Below are positions 1 through 13,914 of a stretch of 64,000 nt of DNA, piece by piece. The notes beneath the pieces were generated by a model. The model was given only the letters and a program-made list of their open reading frames with translations. It searched no databases and was not told where the DNA came from. Within the stretch, counting starts at the first letter, position 1, and each line of letters opens with the position of its first letter. The translations under genes and the position numbers were made by a program. Source of the stretch: Octopus vulgaris (lineage: Eukaryota). The stretch lies in the NCBI GenBank assembly GCA_951406725.2, contig OX597824.1, forward strand, positions 34,596,001-34,660,000, in the 5' to 3' direction.

Positions 1-1115
1 TTATTATAGGCTTACAGTTATTTCAGATATGTGTTTGTGTGTATTTATAGTTCAGTAAGTATCAGGCTTACAAAGAGGATAAGTACTGGAGTCAGATTGG
101 ACCTTCATCTTTTATGTATCCTGTACCATAAAAATATCCATAAAGTAACCTGTACCTGCAAATATTTTAGGGGCATCACTTAGCCTCTCTTCTAGTTTTT
201 AGTTGAGGACAAAACAACCTCAGTCCCACTATCTTTCTCAATGCTTTGTATGGGTCTTCTAACTAGTCTTCTCCTTTTCTCCTTTCCAACACTTTCTATC
301 TCTAATTACTCCATATACTCTGATAATATTTGAATAGTATGTGATAATGAGGGAACAAATCTTATTACTAGTTTTTACCTAGTATTATGTATTTGTGGTA
401 TCTGATTGTATCTAACCTATAGAATAGCAGCCTATACACCTTAGTTAATTTTCCAAGTCCACTAAGTCCATAAGTAATCCTTATACTGAGTGCTGCACAT
501 TATAATGAACGAACAGTAGTGACTTATACATTCTAATTAACTAATAATATTCACGACACTTATAAAACAAATTAAAAAGTTAATTAATAGATAACTGCAA
601 ACCCTGTAGCTTATTATGATACCTGATCTGGTGTACCCTCTTCTTTCTGTATTAGGTGATATATATTAAGTAATTTTCTTATTCTTCAAATTCCATAATT
701 GAAATGACAGGTGATACCTGTTATTTCCTTACACACTATTTATAACAACTATACCAATAATAATTTCACTTCAGGCACACACATCTTATTACAAGCATGT
801 TTGTTTATCACCTTTAATTATCACCTTTATATTACCTTTATATTAACATCCTACTTCTATATTTCTTTATCAGATAAAAACAATAGCACAAGACACTACC
901 AATCTGCAATTATTAGAATTTATCATGAGTTCCAATCCAACCCTCCACCACCATAACCACTATCCCCCATATAACTCCATAAATTCTGAACTGTATCTCT
1001 CCCCTCTTCTCTTTGAGCTTTAATCTTTAACAACAGTATGCTGCACTCCTATCTGATACTTAATTGCCTTTAGTTACCTTGTCTTGGGTTCAATTCTTGC
1101 TATTCTCATTCCTAA

Positions 1116-1505
1116 TCATCATCATCATCATCATCATTTAGCGTCCGCTTTCCATGCTAGCATGGGTTGGATGGTTCAACTGGGGTCTGTTAAGCCAGAA
1201 GGCTGCATCAGGCCCAGTCTGATCTGACAGTGTTTCTACGGCTGGATGCCCTTCTTAACGCCAATCACTCCGTGAGTGTAGTGGGTGCTTTTTACGTGCC
1301 ACGGACGGATGGTGCTTTTTATGTGCCACTGGCACGGGGCCAGGCGAGGCTGGCAACGGCCACGGACGGATGGTGCTTTTTACATGCCACCAGCATGAGG
1401 CCAGTCGGGGCGGCGCTGGCAACGGCCACGAACGGATGGTGCTTTTTACGTGCCACCGGCACGGGGGCCAGGCAAAGCTGGCAACGGCCACAAACGGATG
1501 GTACA
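1116..1505 (-). mobile_element. RTE-LINE 3' end / RTE-tailed repeat with (GAT)n tail
   Basis: (ATC)n at 1116-1137 and internal ~60-bp tandem units; same family at 24577-24875, 39690-39850, 41845-42030, 52825-53350, 62555-62700. Confidence 0.7.
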
Positions 1506-2169
1506 ATGAATAACATGAAAATACATATGTAATTACCTACACGTCATCTCTAGTCTTTGACAAGGAACCAGTCTAGCTAACTCCAGCTTCCATCCTCTGC
1601 CTGTGATCGTCTATCTAACAAGTGATGTTGACTATAAATATCATATTACCCCTACTCACTAACTAAATCCTTTCTATATTTCCAACCTTTTAATGGTCAT
1701 TACTGCCTGCTTTGTTCTTCTCCCATTCGTGGTCAGCTTCGGCTGGCCAATAGGCGTGTTCCCACTGCATTCCTGAATGTTTTTATATTGTTTTGAAATT
1801 CTATGTATCATCTGATGGAAACAGTTTTTTTGCTATGATGTAATGTACTAATCCTGCTACAAAAAATGTGTTAGAAGCAGCTGTAAGGAACTGACATTTA
1901 TCTATTTTCTGTTATTTATTTATATACCATAGGGATTCATGACACATCAGGCATCCTAAAGTATACCAAACAATGTATGATCAACACAATGTGTGCTTTG
2001 GACCAGCTCCTAGGCACTAAATACACAGGGGTGGTTTTCCCTGTGTGCACAACCTGAATATCCTACTGGATATTTAATCAACTAAAAGTGATGTTTACAG
2101 GTTAACTCAACCTACCTAATGCATATCATTCAAGTACCCGATTCTCTCCAGAATCTGTATTGTATATAT

Positions 2170-3138
2170 ACATATATATTAGTGGAGGTGATTGTTCCAA
2201 GAGTGTGGCTATGAGAATAAGATTAGGCTGGGCAAAGTTCAGAGAGCTCCTACCCCTACTGGCAACAAATGGCTTCTCTCTCAGAGTGAAAGGTAGAGTG
2301 TTTGATGTCTGTGTGTGAACAGCTATGCTGTATGGCAGTGAAACATGGGCTATAACAGCCGAAGACATGCGTAGGCTTGAGAGAAATGAAGCTAGTATGC
2401 TTTGCTGGATGTGCAATGTCAGTGTGCATGTTTGACAGAGTGTAAGCATCTTGAGAGGAAAGTTAGGCATAAGAGGAATCGGATGTGTTGTGCAAGAGAG
2501 ACGACTATGCTGGTATGGTCATGTGATATGTATGGACGAGGACAGTTGTGTAAAGAAGTGCTTCTAACTGTGGAGGGAACCTGTGGTAGAGGTGGACTCA
2601 GGAAGATATGGGATGAGGTGGTGAAGCATGACCTTTGAACTTTGAATCTCACAGAGGCAATGACTGGTGAGTGAGATGTTTGGTGATGTACTCTGCTTAA
2701 GAGGACCTGTCAAGCCAAGTACACCTGTGTTGGTGGCACGTAAAATAATCAGCCTTTGAATCAGAGGCAAAGTGGTTGAGTTCCTTTCGAATGTTGGACT
2801 GATGGAGGTAAAGTGACTGAGTTCCTTTCAAGCATTTGGCCTTATGGAGGTAAAGTGGCTGAGCTCCTGGGCCTCATGGAGGCAAAGTGGCTGAGTTCCT
2901 TTCAAGTGTTGGGCCTCACAGAAGTGAGGTGGCCAAGTTCCTTTCAAGTATTGAGCCTCATGGAGGCAAAGTGGCTGAGCTTTGGCCTCATGGGGGCAAT
3001 GACCATTTGACATTATGCCGTGCTTGAAAAGATCCATGAAGCCGAGCAAAATTGCAGTCATTAGCAGATACCGGTGCCAGCCCAGTCAAACTGTTAAACC
3101 CATGCCAGCATGGGCAAAGGATGTTAAATAATGATGAT
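2170..3138 (+). mobile_element. RTE-clade LINE 3' fragment (RT C-terminus plus 3' UTR)
   Basis: Translates RIRLGWAKFRELLPLL...AMLYGSETW...LCWYGHV with stops; ends in gatgat tail. Confidence 0.85.
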
Positions 3139-3506
3139 TGGTGCTATAAACATTTTTTGATGCATTTATTTTTGTAAATATTAAGATATTGATTCTTATA
3201 AAATAAATAAACATTTATATCTTTATAAAATTTATTATCATCATACAGGTTTTGAAATCATTAAATATGTTTCTGTTTTTTAATATTCCATGTTGAAAGC
3301 AAGATGGATTCGTGGTATTAATTGCTAAAACTAGTTAGATTCACATTTTTCTTCATACACAAACAATATATGTAGGGAAGTTAGATTTGGTTATGAACAG
3401 GTATGAACTTAATTGTTTGGAAAAAATTATGCATAACAACAGAACTACATTTATGCTTACTATCATCCTATAGAAATGTATTTCATTGTTATTCATTAAG
3501 CATTTA

Positions 3507-4235
3507 GGATCTTTGTGGCTTTCGTTACTGTTTACAATTATTTAAAAAATATTTTTAATGTATCATATAGATGTAATTTTTGACACTGAATCCAAATTTG
3601 TTGTTCATTTATTTCAGAAAAATTTTGCAAAAATGTTACAGGTGTTCAGTTTGATAATTTTCAGAATTTTCAGCTAATCAGAAAACAACAGTGAAAAACA
3701 TTAAAAGATTTGTGAGCAAATTAGATATTTAAAAGCTGTGACCAAACCAACAGGAGTTGCTAGAAATAGCAGTCAAAACATTGTTTAAAACAGGCATTTA
3801 TTAGTTTAAAAACTCAAATACGATAGTTTGTATTACACTCTTGGATTTTATAAAATGAATTATCTTTCTCATATTTCCTTCTCAACATAAATTCACAAAG
3901 AGTCAACCATGGAACAGTGTGTTCCACACTGACATTTGTTTCCATGTTTGAAAGATTCCCAGGTACTCTCAGTTTGTTGGTCATACTCCTTGTGCATGTG
4001 CACAGCATCTTTGATTGCTATGGAGACAGATTTTTACTACGGTGATATGTAAATACTCGCTTCTGGCTAAAATACCTAAATTTTGCAAATTTTAAAGACT
4101 AATAACTTTTTAATTATTGATTTAATGGGAAAATAAATTTCGTTTTCATAATTAGTATACAAAACTTAATATATATACCAAATTTGAAAACAAATGGAAC
4201 AAAATTGTAAACAGTGATGAAAACCACAAAGATCC
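3507..4235. mobile_element. Non-autonomous TIR DNA transposon (GG-ended, Merlin-like)
   Basis: ~33-bp TIRs (ggatctttgtggctttcgttactgtttacaatt / aattgtaaacagtgatgaaaaccacaaagatcc); 8-bp TSD agcattta/aacattta with 1 mismatch. Confidence 0.8.
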
Positions 4236-4759
4236 AACATTTATTTTTATGAATTGGTTAGATTTTATATTTTCAGATATATGAATAATTAAAATTTTTT
4301 CATTACACATTGTTAATTACATACTTTTCATCATACATATATTTTACTTGTAAACCATTCCCAGAAGACACTTAAGCTTGTAATCTTTAAGAGGTTTACA
4401 TTTTTATACTTTTACCATTGTTATTCATTTTCACATTTCACTGGAAATGAAATTGTCATTAGCAATAAAGTTATCTCATTATATAATGAAATATGACTTA
4501 CGTCTCAGTTTCTTTCTCTTCTTCCCTTTTCTGTTTTCAAGCCTAGAATATCATCTTATTGAATTTCACCTAATTATATAACTTAATTTTACATACAATA
4601 AAATGCACTGTGTCTCATTGGTCACACTGGGATAAAGACAGTAAAACAACAGATTGGTAGTTAGTGATACTCACAAACATGAACGGCAGGCCAACTGCAT
4701 TCAGATGATATGCTCTGAAGATGCAGGTCATTTAATCCAAATAAAACTGCAAAAAGGAT

Positions 4760-5310
4760 GATAGCAGAGCTTGAAGCAGTCCAACAACATTACACAAAGA
4801 AAATAGCATCAATGGAACGACTGAGCTACTGGGACACATTGAAAGAGCTATGACTCTATTCCCCGGAACGAAGGCAGGAGAGGTATGCAGTGATATATAT
4901 ATGGAAGATACTGGCAGGACTGGTACCAAACTTTGGAATAAAAAGCTATACCAGACCACAAACAGGACGTTACTGTGCTCTCTCCACTGTGCCGACTGCT
5001 TCATCTCAGGCAACGACAATTTACTGCAATAGCTTGGGTTTCCAGTGTCCACAGCTGTTTAACTGTCTGCCGAAGCATCTGAGGAGCCTCCATGGAGTGG
5101 ATGTTGACGTTTTCAAATGTGAACTTGACATCTGGCTCACCGAGATCCCAGATGAGCCAATATTTAAGGAAGAAACACAAAAGAGGGCAGTAGCATCGAA
5201 CTCCATCCTTCACCAGAAGCTGCTCTGACAAAGGTGGATAGTGGAAAGATGATCACAATGGCAGTACTCCAGCATGGTCCCAGTCATTGGACTGAAACAC
5301 ATAAAAGAAT
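4760..5310 (+). mobile_element. CR1-group LINE family B, 3' fragment
   Basis: RRERYAVIYIWKIL.GLVPNFGI...YCNSLGF..PQLFN.LPK..IPDEP..SNS; related copies at 10000-10780, 16590-16930, 33240-33670. Confidence 0.8.
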
Positions 5311-5393
5311 ATGTATATATATATATATATATTTGTATATGTATATATGTATATATATATTTGTATATATATATATGTATGTGTATATATATT

Positions 5394-5434
<41 letters not shown>

Positions 5435-5439
5435 GTCAG

Positions 5440-6210
5440 TGTTCTCTACAAGTCAGGCAATAGGATTGATGGAGGTTCTACTTTAGATATTTACAGAGGA
5501 TTAGTAGTGGGTAAGAATGACGACGTCCTTGGGGAGACCCTAGGCATAGGCAAAAACAAACTGCAAGTCTATTCTGGAGGACTTTCTAATTGGGGACTAT
5601 TATGGATAATTTCCAGGTGTCTTTGGCCTGGTAGTGTTACTGGGGGGGGGGGGCGCTACCGTTTCGAGATAAACTCTACAGGCATGGATGTACTGTCAGA
5701 CAGGCTTGTCCAAGGTGCTTGCAGAGTGACATAACTGTTTTGCATGCATTCTTTCAGTGTCTGGGCATTGTTGTCTTGTGGTGCTATGTCGAACAACTGC
5801 TGTCACATGTAGGACAGATCCATCAGTCAGCTGAATCCATAACAATGATTGTCCCACCATCCTTCTTTAATTGGGCTGGCAAGGCAGTTTTCCTTTGATT
5901 GGTGGCTGTAGTGAAAGTAGTTATCTGGTGGACGAGGCTGAAAGGAATGAGGACAGAAACTTTCCTCTTGGTAAAGTACCCATCAATTTTTTTCAAGTTT
6001 CACTTGAAAAGGAAAGTGAGGGTGTAGAGGGAGGTGTTGTCCGCAAGTGAATTTATGAAAAGGTGGGTGAAAGTTGCAAAAATGGCAAGAGTGGCTGGTA
6101 CCACTCTCAGTGTAGACCTATGAGTTGGAAGAAAGAAGTTGGAGAGGGCTCTTGTCCCTGGTATTCAAGATGATCTTGGATGGTGATGTTCCTTGATTAT
6201 CCCTAGAGGT
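5440..6210 (-). mobile_element. Degenerate Penelope-like RT fragment
   Basis: Minus strand reads KKDGGTIIVMDS..., resembling the PLE ADKGG.(V/I)V(M/L)D motif; heavily decayed. Confidence 0.4.
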
Positions 6211-6430
6211 CCTCCTGTATCAGGAGGACCCCATCACTATCACTTTTTTCCCCATCTTTTTCTAGTGTTGTATACTATGTATACTTCCCTTCTTCTAATG
6301 TATACTGCGTATACTTTCTATCTTATCATTCCATTATATGTAAACCCCTACACTTTATGTCCGTCTTTATATTGTACCCCTCATTCTTCATCCTGGTGGC
6401 AAATAAAAGAAATTATGGTCGTTGTCGTTG

Positions 6431-6463
<33 letters not shown>

Positions 6464-6534
6464 AGACTTGTAAATACTTCTGTTTTTAAGAACAGCTGTT
6501 TCCTAGATGTATAGTTACTGCATTGTAATAAGGC

Positions 6535-7900
6535 ATGTCAACTATCGCCCAGTCAGTCTCACTAGCTGTATTGCAAAACTGATGGAATCGTGTGTCAGAG
6601 AAACACTCTGGAACTTCTGGAGCTCTCACAGTCTCATCCGACCCTCACAATATGGATTTGTCCCTAACTCCAGCTGCAGTGATCAGCTTGTCGAGTTCCT
6701 TGAGGACATTACTCAGATCACTGACAGTGGCTCACGGGTGGATGTTGTCTACCTTGACTTTGCTAAGGCTTTCAACTCTGTGCCACACAAAAGGCTTATG
6801 GTGAAACTCTCTGCAATTGGTGTGAGGGATGACCTTTTTAACTGGTTGAAATCCTTCATTCTCAGCCGAAAGGAGGTAGTCACAGTTCTAGGACAGCATT
6901 CTACACCATATGAGATGTCATCGGGTGTGCCACAGGGATCTGTCCTTGGTCCCCTCTTGTTTGTGGCATACATTAATGACATAGATGCCACTTTAAAGAA
7001 TGCCACAGTATTGAAATATGCAGACGACATCAAGCTGTACCTTGAAATCAAGAGGACAGATCGTGATGTCTACAACTCTTTCCTGCAATCAGACCTAGAC
7101 ACAATGCAGCAATGGATCACAGACTGGCAACTGAAACTGGCTGTGGACAAGTATACCACCATGCATTTTGGGAGAAAAAACCTTGCGCCCACATACTCCC
7201 TCCACAACACTGATATCAAGAAATCCTCTTGCGAGCGTGACCTAGGCATCACTGTCAGTAGTGATTTGCATTGGACAAAGCATATCTCTAAAATTGTCAA
7301 GAAGGCCGAGGGTGTCTTGGCATCACTCAGCAAGACTTTTGTTAGCCGCTCTCCAGCCATCTATTTAAAACTATATACAGCTATGGTACGACCACACTTG
7401 GAATTCGCATCATCAGTTTGGAACCCCTATCTTGCTCAGAACATTGACCTCCTGGAATCTGTCCAGAGACGTGCAACCAAATGCATACCCTCCATCAGAC
7501 ACCTACCATATTCTGAGCGCCTTGTTTCCCTGGGCATGGATTCACTGAAGCTCCGGCGTCTTGCGACAGACTTGGTAAACACCCACAAAGTTATCAACCA
7601 CCTCACCAACAACAACACTGAACACCTTTTTGATCTCCATGTGTCTAACACACGTGGACATGCCTACAAAGTCAGAAAACAACACAGCTCCCATGACTTT
7701 CGGAAACATTTTTTCACGCTCAGAGTTGCTGAAGCATGGAATAAACTGCCTGCATCAGTTGTTGACTGCCATGACACTGCATCCTTTAAGGCCCTCATGC
7801 TTTCCAAAATCCGCCGAAACTACACCTGATTATATATACACTTTAGATGAGTTGTAGTGCACCTGAGCACTGTACACAATTATCATTATTATTATTATAT
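6535..7900 (+). mobile_element. CR1-clade LINE family A, 5'-truncated, uninterrupted RT ORF (6507-7829)
   Basis: NYRPVSLTS, VVYLDFAKAF, SGVPQGSVLGPLLF, KYADD, ERDLG, VRPHLEF; (ATT)n tail. Confidence 0.95.
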
Positions 7901-8499
7901 TATTATATATATGTACTAGAATTTACCAAAACACCCACATGAAAAAGAATAAGATGTCATCAATATAACTAATCAAAAATTAGATCCCTTTCCATAAAAA
8001 CACATACATGCTAAGATTCAAACCCAAAGTACTTCCAACACCAACATGGTGTGAAAGGTGAAGAGACCAATGGAGTGAGACTGAAATCGTAAAAAAATAA
8101 CTACAGGCAGCAGAAATTGTACATAAAAACTGTTTTTCTTTGTCTCCACCTTTTCCTCTTTTTTCCATACTTATTTTGTAAAACCTCAATACGACTGAAC
8201 TTACAATGATGTACATTTCTTATGATCTTTGCTGAGCATTTACATTGATATTACTATCTATTCCTGTGAAACTCATTGAAATCTCTTAAACATGGTCCAG
8301 TTTTTAATTTGTAACTTTTAACTTTCCTAAACCTTTTTTTTTTTCATATTTGCACCATTGATAATCAAAAAATTGCCGAAACTAGTTTGGTATGTGAATA
8401 AATCTATTTAAGAACAACTACATGTTTTTTAGATTCATGTGGATTATCAAATCCCCAAACAAATTCTCCTGTATGTGTATGTGTGTGTGTGTATATATA

Positions 8500-8542
<43 letters not shown>

Positions 8543-8644
8543 TATATATACATATATTTATACACACACACACGTGTGTGTGTTTAGGGGAGGAGGTGTT
8601 ATCACTAAAGTTTTTAGTTTATATTTCTAATAGCATTAATAATA

Positions 8645-8825
8645 ATTGCTGAGATCGTGTGCTGAAACGAAAACAATTGCAGCGTGGAAGGTGTTCGTAA
8701 GCCATTTAAGAAACACACAAAAGCCGTTCGATTCACTTCAACATTTAAGTTTAATTTGTCAAAATATTTTCGTCGCTTTAAGACCGCAACCTGTTCACTG
8801 ACAAAAATCCGTGCTGCATCTGATG
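8645..8825 (-). mobile_element. Penelope-type terminal (pLTR-like) repeat fragment; related copy at 40370-40654
   Basis: Shares sequence with 40395-40654; minus strand has a hammerhead-like variant (stem II GTTGC/GCGAC then GAAA-ATAT). Confidence 0.5.
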
Positions 8826-9471
8826 TGATTGAATATTACCAAAATATTTTATTAAGTTCCATATAATATTGAGTGCACTGCAGTAGATTCTTGTAGAGAT
8901 TAAAAGCAGTCTGCCTCTTTGAAATCCTTTTTCCCCATTCTCTCTCCCCCATAGCACCCGCACTTGAACTCTATCCCTTCATAACTCCCCCACTTGTCCT
9001 TTATGTATAAATATGATATTTGGGTATATTCCCTCTTGCCTCCACATATTTGAATGCATGTGTAGGTATGAAAGCAGCATACATCTATTGCATACATATG
9101 TGTATACATATATATGTGGGGTGTATATATGTTGAATTTAGGTAAAGATGGCACAATAAATTTACTGAAATATATATACACTATTGGCTCATCAGTATTT
9201 ACCAGTTCCATTCTTTACTTTATACATACATACAGATATATACATATATAATACATATATATATATTATTTTGGTAATTATATATATATATATATATATA
9301 TAGATAGATAGATATATTAAATATATAGGTACATAGTGTCATATAAACATGTACATACATGTTTAGGTGTGTATACATTTGGTGAATGCATTTCTGTATA
9401 TGCCCATAGATGTGTGTGCATATATATATGTATATATGCAAGGTCACCAGCCCTCTTCCACACACACATAC

Positions 9472-9776
9472 ATCTCTCTTATACACACGCACGCGCACCT
9501 TCATTTTGGGATCACCACTAGGCTCAAAACGTTAAAGACTTTTTCACTTCCCGAGCATTAAATTAATACATCTGTCTGTGATATACACCACCTGTCTTCG
9601 GCTTTTGTTTTTTTTGTGAATTCTTCCTATATATATATATATGTATATATAGACAGGTGGTGTAGACCACAGACAAATGTATTAGTTTAATGCTCGGGAA
9701 GTGAAAAAGTCTTTAACGTTTTGAGCCTAGGGGTGATCCCAAAATGAAGGTGCGCATGCGTGTGTATAAGAGAGAT
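9472..9776. repeat. Foldback inverted repeat (~126-bp arms 9472-9597 / 9651-9776), Penelope-terminus-like
   Basis: Arms are visibly reverse complements; the left-arm end and spacer match 26480-26545 upstream of the Penelope ORF. Confidence 0.85.
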
Positions 9777-9999
9777 TCTCTTTAATGATAAATTACCATA
9801 GATTTTTCCACTTTAGTGACACTGACTTATTAATAAAAAAAAAACACAGTTTGCTACCAGTTCCAAAGGTACCTATAGATTTTTCCACTTTAGTAACATC
9901 AATCCCCATACAATTCTCTTCTGCAGACTGATGTCACTATGACAGTGAAAAAAAAGAATAGACTACCACTTCTGAAAATGTATATATGTGTGTGTGTAC

Positions 10000-10780
10000 C
10001 CTAGCCCAGTGGGGATTACAATCCTAGAACTTAAACCAGTGAGGGACCTGGGTATCGACATGAGTGATGATAGCTCTTTCTAAGTGCACATTACAAAAGT
10101 GGTGACAAAGTGCAGATGGAAGGCTGGATGGATCCTGAGAACCTTCAGAACATAGAGAAGGGAATCATGATGGTCCTCAGCTGCCTGGACTACTGCTCCC
10201 AACTATGGTCACCCCACATTATAAAATTAACAGTAGACTTTGAAGCAATCCAGCAAAGTTACACAAAGAAGATCATCTCATTGCAACTGCCCAGCTACTG
10301 GGAAATGCTGAAACAGCTAAGACTCTACTCCCTGGAGCGAAGATGAGAGAGATTTGCAGTAATATACATCTGGAAGATCTTGAAGGGATTGTACCAAGTT
10401 TTGGCATTGAGAGCTACATAGATGCCAGAATGGGTCGCCACAATGCAGTGCCAAAGATCCTAACATTGCTGTTGTGTTTGAAGATCAGTTACTGCAACAG
10501 CTTGGGTTTCAAGGTTCCACAGCTTTTTAATATTCTCCCAAAGAGCCTAAGGGACCTACACAAAGTGGATGTAGGTGTTTTTCAAACAAAACTGGATCTC
10601 TTCCTGCCAAGAATCCCAGATGAACCTACCTCGATGCAGGAGGTGCAAATGAGGGCAGCGACATCAAACTCCCTTATTCACCAAATGCCACATATCAGAG
10701 GAAGCTCTCAAAAATGATAGTGTAGCAAAACAGCGGTGCCCCAGTATGGCTGCAGCTTTGAACTGATACAGATAAAAAAA
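10000..10780 (+). mobile_element. CR1-group LINE family B, 3' fragment
   Basis: VRDLG, LDYCSQLWSP, LRLYSLERR, YCNSLGF, IPDEP motifs with frameshifts. Confidence 0.85.
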
Positions 10781-10804
10781 TAAATGAATATATATATATA
10801 TATA

Positions 10805-11205
10805 GGCGCAGGAGTGACTGTGTGGTAAGTAGCTTGTTTACCAACCACATGGTTCCGGGTTCAGTCCCACTGCGTGGCACCTTGGGTAAATGTCTTCTAC
10901 TATAGCCTCAGACCGACCAAAGCCTTGTGAGTAGATTTGGTAGACGGAAACTGAAAGAAGCCCGTCGTATATATCTATATATATGTATGTGCGTTAATGT
11001 TTGTGTGTCTGTGTTTGTCCCCCTAGCATTGCTCGACAACCGATGCTGGTGTGTTTATGTCCCCGTTACTTAGCGGTTCGGCAAAAGAGACCGATAGAAT
11101 AAGTACTGGGCTTACAAAGAATAAGTCCCGGGGTTGAGTTGCTTGATTAAAGGCGGTGCTCCAGCATGGCCGCAGTCAAAATGACTGAAACAAGAGAAAA
11201 AGAAA
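10805..11205 (+). mobile_element. tRNA-derived SINE, full length
   Basis: A-box-like tgactgtgtgg, B-box-like ggttcagtcc, internal (TA/TG)n, tail ggcggtgctccagcatggccgcagtc...ctgaaacaag; many copies in the window. Confidence 0.9.
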
Positions 11206-11247
<42 letters not shown>

Positions 11248-11256
11248 TATGTAAAG

Positions 11257-12115
11257 GGCATAACTACAGATAGATGCCTCGACTCCCACCTCGAATTAGT
11301 TGTCTCATAACTTCCAGAAAAATGGATAATTTTAACAGAATTTTTCAACAAATATCGTTTAAATACTGTAGATTCAGAGTATATAGGGATATGTTGTAAA
11401 AAATTTTTTCGAAGGATTGGTGAAAGGAGTTTTAGAAAATACACGCGATCCAACTTTTTTTTCTCTCACAACTTTCAAGAAAATGGGTATCTTTTAATGA
11501 ATGTTTATACAAATACTTTTCAAACGACATAGATTACGATTATAAAGAAATTTGCAGGGAAAATCTTTTCCGAGGGGATGGGGAGACGGGTTTCGAAAAA
11601 ACAGCGTTTCGGATCAGGAAGACCATATAAGATAGAATTTCTCCGTTTTGAGGGGAATTTTTCCATTTTTTTTCTTTTTTGCTCCAGAGCCTTCAAAATG
11701 ATGGGAGGAGGAGCATCGTTTTATTCTTTTTTGTTTTAGCCTTGAAGCTTTGTTGAAATTTTTTTTCACTCCCCCTTTCCTCACCATCCCATTCCAGACT
11801 GATTTTGGCCAATTTTTTTGCACTTAAAAAACCATGTAAGGAGCATTTTCGGTTTAAAAAAAAACTCAGAAAATTGTAAATATTTTCAGACGAGAAAAGT
11901 GTGTGATTTAAGGGAGATTTGGCTGTTATTTCTAGCATATCTCAAGACAATCCTCCACGTTTCGTTCTCACACTCGTGTGTATAGATGCTTTTCAATATA
12001 TTTCTTCCCCTAAGGCAACGAGTTGGCAGAAACGTTATTTTGTTAAAAGATATCTATTATTTTGGAAGTTATGTGGCAACAAAGCTGGGTTGGGGTACAC
12101 ATCTGTAGTTATGCC
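11257..12115. mobile_element. Non-autonomous TIR DNA transposon, unclassified
   Basis: Perfect 15-bp TIR ggcataactacagat / atctgtagttatgcc, with looser extension inward. Confidence 0.7.
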
Positions 12116-12137
12116 ATATATATATATATATATATAT

Positions 12138-12353
12138 ACTCTTTTACTTATTTCAGTCATTCGACTGCGGCCACGCTGGAGCACCGCCTTTAATCGAGCA
12201 ACTTGACCCCGGGACTTATTCTTTTGTAAGCCCAGTACTTATTCTATCGGTGTCTTTTGCCGAACTGCTAAGTAACGGGGACATAAACACACCAGCATCG
12301 GTTGTCAAGCAATGCTAGGGGGACAAACACAGACACACAAGCACACACACGCG

Positions 12354-12387
<34 letters not shown>

Positions 12388-12413
12388 TACGACGGGCTTC
12401 TTTCAGTTTCCGT
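12138..12413 (-). mobile_element. tRNA-derived SINE, 3' two-thirds
   Basis: Reverse complement of 10945-11205. Confidence 0.9.
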
Positions 12414-12425
12414 ATACATACACAA

Positions 12426-13225
12426 TGATGGAGAAATCGTACAAAATGTATATATAGATGTTGAGTAAAGCACCGGCACAATTTCGATTACCTGTTGATA
12501 TCCGTAGATTTATTGCAGGAACTTCGTAGCGGGCTGGATGAAAGATGTGATATCAGGTCGATATGATGTAGCCCACTATTAAATGTAGCGTGTAGATGTA
12601 ACGCTTGAAGGATCTCGCGTCGGAGTACAAAAAAACATCGAAGAGTCAACATCAAGAAGGAAGAAATATTGTTTACATAGATTTATTCCTTTGCCCGCCA
12701 AGTAGTTACAGTTACAGCAGTAATTCTAGTGATAGTGACAAGGCTGGCTCGCTTGTTAGTAGATGATAGTGTGGAAAAAGGTTGTCTGTCAGTAGAGAGC
12801 GAAAGAGTAGGGAATGCACGGTGCTGACTAGAAAGGAAGAAGGGATAAAGGTGGCATCGCCTTTCTTGCGGCCGAAAGCTTCTCTTCGTGTGTCGAGTGA
12901 CGGGCGAAGGGAAGTGTTGCTCTTGGTAAAGACTGTCGCAAAAGCGGGTGCTGCCCCTTGGTTTGTCTGACACAAAAAAGAGGGTGTTGCTCCTTGGTCA
13001 TAGCTGACACGTAAGAGAAAGAGATAGGAAATTCTCTGTTGTATAGACTTATGGTCAGTAATGTAAACAAAGGACTGACCTTTCCTTGACCAGCACAGGT
13101 CCTGGGGGTGGTGTCGAGTGTTTCCTCATCAATCATCGAGTGTGGAGAGATTTTCCGCTCGTTTTGACAAGCAATAATCGGACGGATTTGGTTTCAGACA
13201 AGGTCAAGCTAGATCCTTACTTATA
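12426..13225 (-). mobile_element. Possible solo LTR / CpG-rich unclassified element
   Basis: TG at the left end, AATAAA on the minus strand near 12682, CpG-rich relative to flanks, non-coding; boundaries uncertain. Confidence 0.3.
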
Positions 13226-13229
13226 CGTG

Positions 13230-13860
13230 TGTGTGTCTTGATGTTTGTGTTTGTCCCCCCCTCCCCATCACCGCTTGACAACCGGTGTTGGTGTGTTAAT
13301 GCCTCCGTTACTTAGCAGTTCGTGGAAAGACAACGATAGAATAAGTACTGTGCTTAAAAAATAAGTCCTGGGGTCAATTTGTTCGACTAAAATCCTTTAA
13401 GGCGGTGCCAGCGTGGCCGCAGTCAAATGACCAAAGCAAGTAAAAGAAAAAGGATTATGGAATAAAACGATATTGCTAACTTGTCAAATAATATTAATAT
13501 ATGTACTCACCATTTTTTTCTAGGATATGTGACTCATCATCCGTTTCCTCCATCGTCCACTGCTTGCTCCCCGCTTTTTTACCACCATCTTTTTTCATTT
13601 TTTTTTTTTAAGTGTATATTAATAGCACTTTTGAAATATTTTCTTTATGTAGGAGTGGCTGTGTGGTAACGAACCACATGGTTCCGTGTTCAGTGTGTGG
13701 ATCTTTTCCTTTTGAAGGCCAGATTTCAACACAATTTCTAGTTAACTAAACACTTTAATTAACTAAACTAAACACTTGAGTATGTTCTACTATAGCCTCG
13801 GGCCGACCAAAGCCTTGTGAGTGGATTTGGTAGACGGAAACTGAAAGAAGCCCGTCGTAT
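13230..13860 (+). mobile_element. Two SINE fragments (13230-13450 3' half; 13650-13860 5' half interrupted by a GGATC-MITE fragment at ~13699-13775)
   Basis: Matches 10805-11205; the insert begins ggatcttttc like the MITE at 15846. Confidence 0.8.
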
Positions 13861-13914
13861 ATATATATATATGTCTATTTATTCTGAAGATTTGGATTCT
13901 AGTTTATTTCGGAA

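Noticed and set aside
1-1110. Minus-strand EEGTP...IIS-like peptide hinting at a group II intron RT or NUMT
   Set aside because: Needs several frameshifts and has no YADD motif; left as unclassified degraded sequence.
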